64,000 nt of DNA from Candidatus Micrarchaeota archaeon (GTDB taxonomy: Archaea; Micrarchaeota; Micrarchaeia; Anstonellales; Bilamarchaeaceae), in NCBI GenBank assembly GCA_040753215.1, contig JBFMEZ010000025.1:87905-151904 (forward strand), written 5' to 3'. The position numbers and the translations under genes were made by a program. This document shows, piece by piece, positions 28,074-36,317 of the stretch (positions within the stretch are counted from its first letter, which is position 1; each line of letters starts with the position of its first letter). A model generated the notes under the pieces. The model did no database searches. It saw only the letters and a program-made list of their open reading frames with translations, and was not told the DNA's origin.

Positions 28074-28945
28074 AGGAACTCCCTAATCGGGTTCAGCATC
28101 CTCTCTTCTATCGCAGAAATATATTTGTGGTTCCCAATCACATGCCCGAATTTGGTCTTTACCCCGCTTATGAACCTGTGCAGCTCAGCCGTATTCTCCA
28201 CAATCACATCCACCTCAATGTCCCAGCTCCCTATGCACTTGTTCAGGAACACCACATTATCATGCTCAAGGCAGAAGCCCAGGAACTCCTTCTCCTTTTC
28301 TCTCGTAATGCTTCTAAAGTTTATCAAAATCTTATAGTACTCAAACCCCATCCTCTTCGCATCAAACCACGCCGTATACCCAAGTATGAACCCCTCTCTA
28401 GTAAGCCGGTCCATCCTATACCTCACCGCATCAGGGGTGAGCCCAACCTTCCCAGCCAAATCCACCGTCGTCGCCCTCGCATCCCCATACAATGAAGCCA
28501 GTATCTTCATATCCGTTTCATCCCGCTTCTCTGCCTCCACCACCCTCTCCAGCGGGAACTCCGGGTGCCTCTCCCCTCCCACCGCCCTGTTCCACGATAA
28601 ATATGTCTGGTACGTAGTAGTGACGACCGTCTTCTCCACAATCCTCGCCCCAAACCTTTCCGTCATCATATTTATCGCATCCTCCACCTCCTTCTCGTCC
28701 CTCGCTACAATCCTCCACAGCACGTCATACGCCCCCTCGCATACCACCCCCCAGAGCGTCCGCTTGTAGGATTCGAACAGCGCCACCACCTCCTTCTCCG
28801 CCTTCTCATCGAACACGTCAAATCTCAGGTAAATCCTGTATGCCTTGAAGCCCAGCTTCGCAAGGTTGACGTCAGCAAACAGCAGCGATATTGTGCCCGC
28901 CTCTCTGAGCTGCCTCATCCTCCGCTCCACTGCGCTGCTGCTCAT
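28070..28945 (-). CDS. Tandem Lrp/AsnC-like regulator, N-terminal HTH apparently truncated
   Basis: The second repeat is intact (DETDMKIL...DLAGKVGLTPDAVRYRM); the first starts mid-HTH. Confidence 0.7.
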   Translation of the reverse strand: MSSSAVERRMRQLREAGTISLLFADVNLAKLGFKAYRIYLRFDVFDEKAEKEVVALFESYKRTLWGVVCEGAYDVLWRIVARDEKEVEDAINMMTERFGARIVEKTVVTTTYQTYLSWNRAVGGERHPEFPLERVVEAEKRDETDMKILASLYGDARATTVDLAGKVGLTPDAVRYRMDRLTREGFILGYTAWFDAKRMGFEYYKILINFRSITREKEKEFLGFCLEHDNVVFLNKCIGSWDIEVDVIVENTAELHRFISGVKTKFGHVIGNHKYISAIEERMLNPIREFL

Positions 28946-29148
28946 CGGGGCGGTAATCCAGATGCTTTGACATTTTCTTTCTTTTATTTTTTCTGCATTA
29001 TAATGCATAAAAATATGCAAAATTGTTTCGATGCTTTCCACCAATTGATACGCATTCTATTAAATCAATTTGAACAAATGACCATCAAAATATGAAATCA
29101 ATTTTATAAAATGCATATATTTAAAAGGAATTAGCCCGTAATACTTAC

Positions 29149-30351
29149 ATGGACCAGGAACTCATTGAACTCAACAACGAAGCAAAAAAGGAAGGCAAAA
29201 AATACGCAAAAAAAAGGTTCATCTACCCGAAAATAGCCGCAGGGCTGGCGGAGCGCGAACACACTGCCCTCGTTGGCCCGAGGGGCGCGGGGAAGACAAT
29301 CCTGCTTAAGCAGCTTCTTGCGGGCAACGAAAGCGCATTCTATGTTTCACTGGACACCTCAAGGATAGAAGGCGGGCTGTTCAGGCTTGCAAAAGAGCTA
29401 TCGGATTCCGGCATCAAGCTGCTCCTTCTGGACGAGATACACGGCTATCCCGGCTACGATTTGGAGCTCAAGAGGATTTACGATTTCCTGGGAATCAAGA
29501 TTGTCTTGACCAGTTCTTCTGCCCTTACCCTCCACGAGCTGGCGGCCGACCTCTCCAGGAGGATGCGCATCATAAAAATCAGGCCGTTCTCCTTCAGGGA
29601 ATACCTGTTCTTCCAGAACGATGAGCTGCTGGAGCCCCTCAGCTTCGTGCAGTTATCCGATGAGAAATCTTCACGGGAATATCTGGGCAGAGCCCTCCAT
29701 GCTGAACCCCGCCTGGAAGAATACATGAAGGGAAGGAATTATCCGCTGGCGCTCGGGAGGCAGGATTTCCTGCCGTTGTTCAGGAACATCCTTGAAACAG
29801 TCATAAACAGGGACCTGATCAGGACAGGGAAGGTCAGCCACGACGAAACCCTCCATATCGCCAGGCTCGTGGCATATCTCGGCAAATCCCATCCGGAGGA
29901 TATGAACTACACATCCATTGCAAAGAACATAGGCATAAGCAGGCATATGGCCGAAAAATACGTGGGTCTGCTGGAAAAGGCATTCGTGTTGCATGTGGTG
30001 CCGCCGGAAGGGCAGGGCGTCATGAAGGAGCCCAAGGTGCTCATTGCCCTCCCGTACCGCCTCCTCTATCGCCCATACGAGGAGTGCATCGGAGCCCTGC
30101 GCGAGGACTTTTTCGTCGATTCTGCCGTCTGGCTCGGCTTCGGCCCAAAATATCTCAAAACCAACCGTGGGGAAAAAACCCCGGACTATGCGATTGACGA
30201 TACGGTTTTTGAAATAGGAGGACCAGGCAAGGGGCATTCCCAGTTCAAGGGGTTCGCACTGAAGAGGAAGATAATACTGACACATCCCGGAATGCTTGAT
30301 GCAATGCGCCGGCCACTATTCTTCATGGGCTTGCTGGAAGAAGGGCAGTGA
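29149..30351 (+). CDS. AAA+ ATP-binding protein (DUF4143-like)
   Basis: GPRGAGKT, LLDEIH, DLSRR, ALREDFF. Confidence 0.85.
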   Translation: MDQELIELNNEAKKEGKKYAKKRFIYPKIAAGLAEREHTALVGPRGAGKTILLKQLLAGNESAFYVSLDTSRIEGGLFRLAKELSDSGIKLLLLDEIHGYPGYDLELKRIYDFLGIKIVLTSSSALTLHELAADLSRRMRIIKIRPFSFREYLFFQNDELLEPLSFVQLSDEKSSREYLGRALHAEPRLEEYMKGRNYPLALGRQDFLPLFRNILETVINRDLIRTGKVSHDETLHIARLVAYLGKSHPEDMNYTSIAKNIGISRHMAEKYVGLLEKAFVLHVVPPEGQGVMKEPKVLIALPYRLLYRPYEECIGALREDFFVDSAVWLGFGPKYLKTNRGEKTPDYAIDDTVFEIGGPGKGHSQFKGFALKRKIILTHPGMLDAMRRPLFFMGLLEEGQ

Positions 30352-30454
30352 CCAGGGAAGATATCCGCAGATTTGCAGCCTCAGATTGTCGGTTATGGAA
30401 GGAAAAAATCCGCAAAAGTTTCCTTCCATGTTAGACGCCTTATAGCATCGTTTT

Positions 30455-30657
30455 TCACTGAACCTCCACGGCTCGGTCACACCTTGTAGTCGCCTGCGTG
30501 GCGGCGATAGGTCTGCCTAGCCATTGGGTGCGGCTACAAGGTGTGAGGAAGCCTCGGCATTTATGCCGGGGAGGAGAGCCGAGGCTTCCTCTAAAGGCAG
30601 CAGGAATACATCTGCCCTTTATCTACGAAGAAGCCACGGCCTTTAGTGGAGGTTCAC
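30455..30657 (+). mobile_element. Non-autonomous IS200/IS605-like MITE, copy 1
   Basis: ~200 bp, near-identical to 32654-32860; ends gaagccacggcctttag(gccg)tggaggttcac. Confidence 0.8.
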
Positions 30658-30721
30658 AAAACGCTTATTTAAGAAGATACCATTAATCGCAAAAACGATA
30701 AATGACTCGGTCCGACGATGA

Positions 30722-31417
30722 CTATTTTTCTCCAACCACAATCGCAAAATTAGCTAAAGGTGGCACCAGCACCCGTGTTTTTCTGAACCCAAACCCATCC
30801 ATAATCTTCTTCAGCTCAAGTGGGCAGATAGGGTATTCCTTCGGATGCTTTTCCTGGTACTCCTTGCTCATGCCTTTCAGCGCCTGCGCCCAGCTCCGGT
30901 CGAATTCTCTTGCCCTTTTTGGATTCTTCTTTCTTAATCTCCAAACTTTTTCCTTATACTCGCTACTGGGCTTAAACCAGTCCCCTATCACCAGTCTTCC
31001 GCCTTCACGAAGAGACTTCCGTATCCGGGAAATAACAGCCGCCTTATTCTTCACGTGATGAAAAGCGAGGTTGGAAACCACATAATCTGCACGCCCGCCG
31101 AACCCCTCTATCGGAGAAGCTTTGAATTTCATATTCTTAATTCCAGCAACCCTAACCTTCCCCATTGCTACCTTCATCATGCCTTTGGAAACATCCACGC
31201 AAGTTACCTGCGCCTTCGGCTTCCTCTCCGCAAGCCTTATGGCAAGCCCTCCACTCCCGGCTCCCAGGTCCGCCACCCTGCATTTCCGGTCCGGAACCTC
31301 CCTTATTATGTTGTCCACAAGCCATCTGTAAAACAAGTATTGGTACCTGTCCTGCTCTTCGTACTCTTTCGCGTATTTATCGAAGAACTCCTTTGCCTTT
31401 TTCACAATCAAAACCAC
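30722..31417 (-). CDS. Class I SAM-dependent methyltransferase
   Basis: VADLGAGSG, VDVSKGM, NLAFHH, GGRLVIGD. Confidence 0.9.
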   Translation of the reverse strand: MVLIVKKAKEFFDKYAKEYEEQDRYQYLFYRWLVDNIIREVPDRKCRVADLGAGSGGLAIRLAERKPKAQVTCVDVSKGMMKVAMGKVRVAGIKNMKFKASPIEGFGGRADYVVSNLAFHHVKNKAAVISRIRKSLREGGRLVIGDWFKPSSEYKEKVWRLRKKNPKRAREFDRSWAQALKGMSKEYQEKHPKEYPICPLELKKIMDGFGFRKTRVLVPPLANFAIVVGEK

Positions 31418-31482
31418 TTATCCAAAGTCCGCTGGCTCCGCGTCTCCTTCACGTTGCTCATCATCCCTTCCAGCGCCTTCTC
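31408..31482 (-). repeat. Displaced, recoded duplicate of the FEN1 3' end (24 codons plus stop)
   Basis: EKALEGMMSNVKETRSQRTLDKWF* against ERALEGMLSNVKETRSQRTLDKWL*. Confidence 0.93.
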
Positions 31483-31551
31483 CCGGAAAAACGCGGGGAA
31501 CCCAGGTTCCCCCCATTTTTACCGTTTATTCTGACCCCCTCCTAACGGTTT
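31483..31551 (-). mobile_element. Type A element, right part
   Basis: aaaaacgcggggaacccaggttccccccattttt ... attctgaccccctcc. Confidence 0.75.
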
Positions 31552-32589
31552 TCAGAGCCACTTATCCAATGTTCGTTGGCTTCTTGTTTCTTTTACATTG
31601 CTTAGCATTCCCTCTAAAGCTCTTTCTACCCTCTCCCTTGAGAAATCGTGCTCCTCCACCAACAATTCTATTACTCCCTCCCTGCTCGCCTTCCCCCACC
31701 CCAGCTCTCCGACCTCCTTCACTGGCGGGCTCATGAAAAAACCGAAAATCGCCTCCACATCCTCAGGAAACTCATATCCCTTCTCCTTCTTCAAATATGC
31801 CCTCACCTTCTCCAGCGTATCATTCTCTTTCACAATCTTCAGACCGGTTTTCGGCCCAATCCCCCGCACCCCTTCATTGAAATCCGTTCCCACAAGAATC
31901 CCAATCAAAATCAATTGCTCCCTCTTCAGCCCAAGCGCCTTCAGCGTCTCTTCCAGCTCCACCCTCTCAATCTCTATATCTATGAACCTATTCTGCTTCG
32001 GCACCTTCCTTTTCCCGGTAATGGACAAATTCCTCAAAAGCACCGGCGACCCAAATAGAACCGAATCATAATCCTGCGATGCGGCCGCATAGCAAAGCCC
32101 TGTCCCCACCATCCACGCTGCCTGCGCCTCCCCTTCAGAGGGCGCCTGCACCCAGGGAATCCCCATCAGTGAAAGCAGCCTCTTCCCCTCATCCACCATC
32201 TCCTTGGTGAGCCGCGAGCTTGCCTGCGCATATTTCCTCGCCTCCTCAATTTTCTCCTCCGCAAGCGCCTTCTTCCATTTGTGCTCCGCCTCCCTCCGCA
32301 CCTCTATCCTTTCCTCTATAGTTTTCCTCTTGAATTCCGGCGGAGGCCCGTCAAACACATAAATAGGTTTTATCCCAGCATTCACCAATCTTATGCTCCT
32401 GTAAAATAGCCCAGATAAATGCCCGGTCACCCGCCCCTTCATATCCATTAAGGGCGTCCCGTCCTCCTGCCTTATGGAAGCCAAAAATTGATAGAGTATA
32501 TTCATCCCATCTATCGCTATGCTCTTTCCCGCAAGCTCCTCCAGCTCGACCTTGTGCTTAATTGCAAGGTCGCCCAAATCTACTCCCAT
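31552..32589 (-). CDS. fen: Flap endonuclease 1
   Basis: MGVDL, YQFLASIRQ.DG, APSEGEAQAA, SQDYD, GTDFN.GV.GIGPK, PIP box QRTLDKW. Confidence 0.97.
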   Translation of the reverse strand: MGVDLGDLAIKHKVELEELAGKSIAIDGMNILYQFLASIRQEDGTPLMDMKGRVTGHLSGLFYRSIRLVNAGIKPIYVFDGPPPEFKRKTIEERIEVRREAEHKWKKALAEEKIEEARKYAQASSRLTKEMVDEGKRLLSLMGIPWVQAPSEGEAQAAWMVGTGLCYAAASQDYDSVLFGSPVLLRNLSITGKRKVPKQNRFIDIEIERVELEETLKALGLKREQLILIGILVGTDFNEGVRGIGPKTGLKIVKENDTLEKVRAYLKKEKGYEFPEDVEAIFGFFMSPPVKEVGELGWGKASREGVIELLVEEHDFSRERVERALEGMLSNVKETRSQRTLDKWL

Positions 32590-32653
32590 CCTAATCCTCG
32601 CTTACCTATAATCAGGCATACTTTTATTTCTCTGCCTGCCGCAGCCGGCAGAC

Positions 32654-32860
32654 TCACTGAACCTCCACGGCTCGGTCACACCTTGTAGTCGCCTGCGTGG
32701 CGGCGATAGGTCTGCCTAGCCATTGGGTGCGGCTACAAGGTGTGAGGAAGCCTCGGCATTTATGCCGGAGAGGAGAGCCGAGGCTTCCTCTAAAGGCAGC
32801 AGGAATACATCTGCCCTTTATCTACGAAGAAGCCACGGCCTTTAGGCCGTGGAGGGTCAC
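32654..32860 (+). mobile_element. Non-autonomous IS200/IS605-like MITE, copy 2
   Basis: Direct repeat of 30455-30657; terminal inverted repeat tgaacctccacggc/gccgtggagggtca. Confidence 0.8.
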
Positions 32861-33102
32861 AGAACAAGGAACTTCGTTTTAGCCAGCACTTCATGCACTG
32901 CTGCAATCTCCATCCTTGACTCTATTGCCTCTATTTTCTTCCTAATTCTCTCGTACTCCTCCTCTTCTATGAACTCCTCCCCGCATTTGCCGCACACAAA
33001 CAGGGTCGTGTCCGAAATAACATACCTGCCAAGAAACATCCTATTTACTCCGCTAACCTTCTTCATGGAATGCCTGCATTTTGCGCATTTTATGCCGCTC
33101 AT
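32857..33102 (-). CDS. YgiT-type zinc finger protein (putative antitoxin)
   Basis: CAKC...CGKCGEEF; coupled to the DUF4258-like gene. Confidence 0.7.
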   Translation of the reverse strand: MSGIKCAKCRHSMKKVSGVNRMFLGRYVISDTTLFVCGKCGEEFIEEEEYERIRKKIEAIESRMEIAAVHEVLAKTKFLVL

Positions 33103-33380
33103 CTTTTCTTCACCTTATGGTACTGTTCCACCTGCCATCTCGAAGATTCGTATCCTGTGATTATTATAATCCTGTCCTCTTCCTCTTCCAGCACCAATGT
33201 ATAGTACTTGTCCGCCTTTTGTTTATAAACGCATAAGGTCGCCCCGCTCACCTTGTCCTCCAGCCGGACGCCCTTCTCAACGATCGCTCTCACTTCCGCT
33301 ATCGGCATCTTCCTTTCCAAGAGCCTGTCAGCCGCATGCTTCGTCATTATCATTCGCTTGTTTCTCATTCTATCCGTCAT
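33099..33380 (-). CDS. DUF4258-like putative toxin
   Basis: TKHAADRLLER, IIITGY; start codon uncertain. Confidence 0.7.
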   Translation of the reverse strand: MTDRMRNKRMIMTKHAADRLLERKMPIAEVRAIVEKGVRLEDKVSGATLCVYKQKADKYYTLVLEEEEDRIIIITGYESSRWQVEQYHKVKKR

Positions 33381-33467
33381 GAACTTTCTGCCCCAGAATA
33401 AAAACATTTGCCAGGTGCGATGCCACTAATCGGTTCTCAGTTTCCGGCTCCCAGTTTCCAGAACCAT

Positions 33468-34004
33468 CTACTCGTTCTTCTTTTTCTTCTGCATTTCCAA
33501 CATATCCAGGAGAGTAAGCTCAGTCTTCCCCCCTCCGCCTTTAGGGGTAGGTGAAACCGAGACCTCCACCTTCTCCACTAATTTTATTCCCAAGGCCTTC
33601 TCCAGTTTCCTCGCCTCCTCCAGGCTGGGCGCAACCCTCTCATTCTCAATCTTGTCCAGCCAGGAGGCCTTCACATTCACTTTCCGCGCCAGCTCCTCAA
33701 TCGTCATCACGCGCGTCTTCTTCTCCTTCTTCCCGTATTCGTTCACTTCCTCAAAAGTAATCTTTACATTCTCCCGCGCCCTCCTGATTTTCCGCCCGTA
33801 CCCGTCCACCACTTCCTCTTCCATCCGGAACTGTTTCGGAGTAGTATAGTCCACTTTAACGGGCGCTTCCTCTTCTTCCCCGCTCCCCAAAGAATGCAGA
33901 ATCTTCCCGTGGTAGGCGCAGCGGGGGCACACCGCCATCTTCGCGCCCTCCACCGCGATTATGAAGGCAACCCCCTTCCTCCCGCAGATGTCGCAATCCA
34001 CCAT
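33468..34004 (-). CDS. Multiprotein bridging factor aMBF1
   Basis: CDICG zinc ribbon, VEGA.M.VC..C, C-terminal HTH, LTL.D. Confidence 0.85.
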   Translation of the reverse strand: MVDCDICGRKGVAFIIAVEGAKMAVCPRCAYHGKILHSLGSGEEEEAPVKVDYTTPKQFRMEEEVVDGYGRKIRRARENVKITFEEVNEYGKKEKKTRVMTIEELARKVNVKASWLDKIENERVAPSLEEARKLEKALGIKLVEKVEVSVSPTPKGGGGKTELTLLDMLEMQKKKKNE

Positions 34005-34053
34005 AAGCTAATTTTGCAGTTATTCTTATAAGCTATGCCTCCCCTACCCAACC

Positions 34054-34473
34054 ATGAAAACAATCTCCAACCTCCAGGAGCTTCTCAAGAACATGAAGCC
34101 AACCCTCTCAAAGGGAAAATTCTACATGGCTTCAATAGATGAATCCGAACTTATGGCTCTTGCCGGCTATGCAGATTACATAACCGACATATTCCGCGAG
34201 AAGGAGGGCCTGAGCATCGTGTTTTCCGAAGAAATAAAGGAAGAGATGGAAAGCTTGACTGAAAAGAAGATATTCGGCCCCTTCGCCCTCATAACCCTAA
34301 ATGTATACTCCGACCTCATGGCAGTGGGCTTCCTTGCAAAAATAACAGAAACCCTTGCGAAGGAAAAAATAAGCGTGAACGCCTTCTCCGCCTACAACCA
34401 CGACCATCTTTTCGTCCCATACGAAAGGAAGGAAGACGCCCTAAAGGCACTTCAGAAGCTCCAGAAAAGCTGA
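34054..34473 (+). CDS. ACT domain protein (DUF2241-like)
   Basis: FREKEGLS, SDLMAVGFLA, SAYNHDHLFVP. Confidence 0.85.
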   Translation: MKTISNLQELLKNMKPTLSKGKFYMASIDESELMALAGYADYITDIFREKEGLSIVFSEEIKEEMESLTEKKIFGPFALITLNVYSDLMAVGFLAKITETLAKEKISVNAFSAYNHDHLFVPYERKEDALKALQKLQKS

Positions 34474-34530
34474 GGCAAAATCCCGCACAAAGGTAAAGTG
34501 TTTTAATCCCGCCCCTCCAAATCCCTCCCA

Positions 34531-35883
34531 ATGGACCACGTCAAGCTCTTCGCAGTAATACTCCTCACGGCAATCGCTATCTGGGCAATAGTCCAGACCG
34601 ACCTACCGCCCACTGCAAAGTTCATCTCTTCGATAATAATCCTCGCCATCTCCGGAGAGATAATCGCCCGCATCGCAAAGCTCCACAGCGACTGGGGCCT
34701 CATCCTTCTCCGCACCCAGAAGGGGATAGACATGGCAAGGGATTTTGCAAAAAGGGAAAAGTTCTGGAACCTCTTCTCTGATTTCGGCCTCGCCCTTTCC
34801 TATGGAATCCTCTCCTTCTTCGTAATAGAGAGAAGGGGCGCAAAAGAGAAGGCAGGCATAATCGCAGCCGCCCTCCTCACCATAACCTTCCTCCTCTTCT
34901 TCGTCTCGCCGCTCATCCTCCCCTTCCTTTCCTACACGCTCGGGATGCCGATAGGTGGAGGAAGGGCCGCGCATATAGACCCGCTCAGCTCCCTCCTCAT
35001 TCTCGCCCTGGTCTATGTCGGCGGCTTCGTGTTCTTCATAACCGCCAGCCTCCTAATGTACGCGTTTGTGGTGATAGGCGCGGTCGCATCCACCCTTTTA
35101 TGGGGAACAACCGCAATCTCAGAGACCGCTCCCGGCCTCACCCTTATTCTCCCGGGCATAAACATCCCGCTTTTCGAGGGCCTGCTCGCCCTCATAATCA
35201 TCCTTCTGGTCCATGAAGGCGCCCACGCGGTCCTCGCGGTAATAGGGAAAATCCCCATCCTCTCCTCAGGAATCGCATTCTTTGGGATAGTCCCAATAGG
35301 AGCATTTGTGGAGCCCGATGAGAAGCGTCTTGCCACCAAATCCCCAGAAGTGCAGAAGCGCGTAATAGTCGCGGGCTCCACTGCCAATCTAACCACCTCC
35401 ATCCTCTTCTTCATCCTCCTCATTGCTTTCCTCTCCCTTTCCGCACCGTTCAAGGAAAAGGGATGGTATGTGCTCAGCGGAATGGACAACGGGACCATAA
35501 TTTATGCGATAAATGGAATCCCGGTGGAAAACCTTCCGGAAAATTATGCTGCCCCGAACACCACCATAAACCTCACCACCAATCGCGGAATAATCGAACG
35601 CACCGCCAATTCCACCGGAGGCTACGACATCTCATACATCCCGATGGACTACGCACCCTTCACCCAATACGCGAACCCGATCCTTTCCTTCATCTTCAAA
35701 ACTTTAGTCCTCGCATTCGCCCTCAATTTCATCATAGGAGTAGTCAACCTCCTCCCGCTCCCCTTCTTCGATGGGATGCGTTTGCTGGAATTGTCCGTAA
35801 ACAATAAGCGCTTCACTGATTTTGTAATGTATCTCATCCTGGCGGCTTTTCTGTCCAATTTACTCCCCTGGTTCTTCAGATAA
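34531..35883 (+). CDS. Site-2 protease (M50)
   Basis: HEGAH, GAFVEPD, NLLPLPFFDG. Confidence 0.92.
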   Translation: MDHVKLFAVILLTAIAIWAIVQTDLPPTAKFISSIIILAISGEIIARIAKLHSDWGLILLRTQKGIDMARDFAKREKFWNLFSDFGLALSYGILSFFVIERRGAKEKAGIIAAALLTITFLLFFVSPLILPFLSYTLGMPIGGGRAAHIDPLSSLLILALVYVGGFVFFITASLLMYAFVVIGAVASTLLWGTTAISETAPGLTLILPGINIPLFEGLLALIIILLVHEGAHAVLAVIGKIPILSSGIAFFGIVPIGAFVEPDEKRLATKSPEVQKRVIVAGSTANLTTSILFFILLIAFLSLSAPFKEKGWYVLSGMDNGTIIYAINGIPVENLPENYAAPNTTINLTTNRGIIERTANSTGGYDISYIPMDYAPFTQYANPILSFIFKTLVLAFALNFIIGVVNLLPLPFFDGMRLLELSVNNKRFTDFVMYLILAAFLSNLLPWFFR

Positions 35884-36002
35884 TTTTACCGCATTCATCC
35901 AACATTGATTACTGGCATTACTGGAACCGAGGTCTCCTTTTATTTAAAAATAGCCCCATATAAATACATATACAATAGAACATATATGGGGTTCTGAAAA
36001 AG

Positions 36003-36317
36003 GTGAAGAAAATGGAGGAAAGATTGGAGGAGTTTGAGGAAATAGAGGAGCCAAAAAAGGGGAGAAAGCCAAGTTCTGATGAGTCCGAATCCGCACCGAG
36101 CGAAAGCGTTGGCGCGAGGCCGGACTTCCGCGTGGTCCAGACCGAAAGGGATGCGGAGGGCAAGACAATATACAAGAACGTGGGTGGGCTCTGGAAGCGC
36201 ACGAGCAAGAATGGAAACACATACTACAGCATGAGCATAGGCCGATTGAGGCTGCTCGTATTCCCTAACGACAGGGATGGTGGTTCTTATGGCAGAGAAG
36301 ACAGAGAAGAAATATGA
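36003..36317 (+). CDS. Hypothetical protein
   Basis: RPDFRVV...NVGGLWKRTSKNG.TYYS; overlaps the radA start. Confidence 0.65.
   Translation: MKKMEERLEEFEEIEEPKKGRKPSSDESESAPSESVGARPDFRVVQTERDAEGKTIYKNVGGLWKRTSKNGNTYYSMSIGRLRLLVFPNDRDGGSYGREDREEI

Noticed and set aside
30498..32882. Twin ~62-aa ORFs (30498..30686, 32697..32882)
   Set aside because: They are translations of the palindromic MITE with no transposase motifs.
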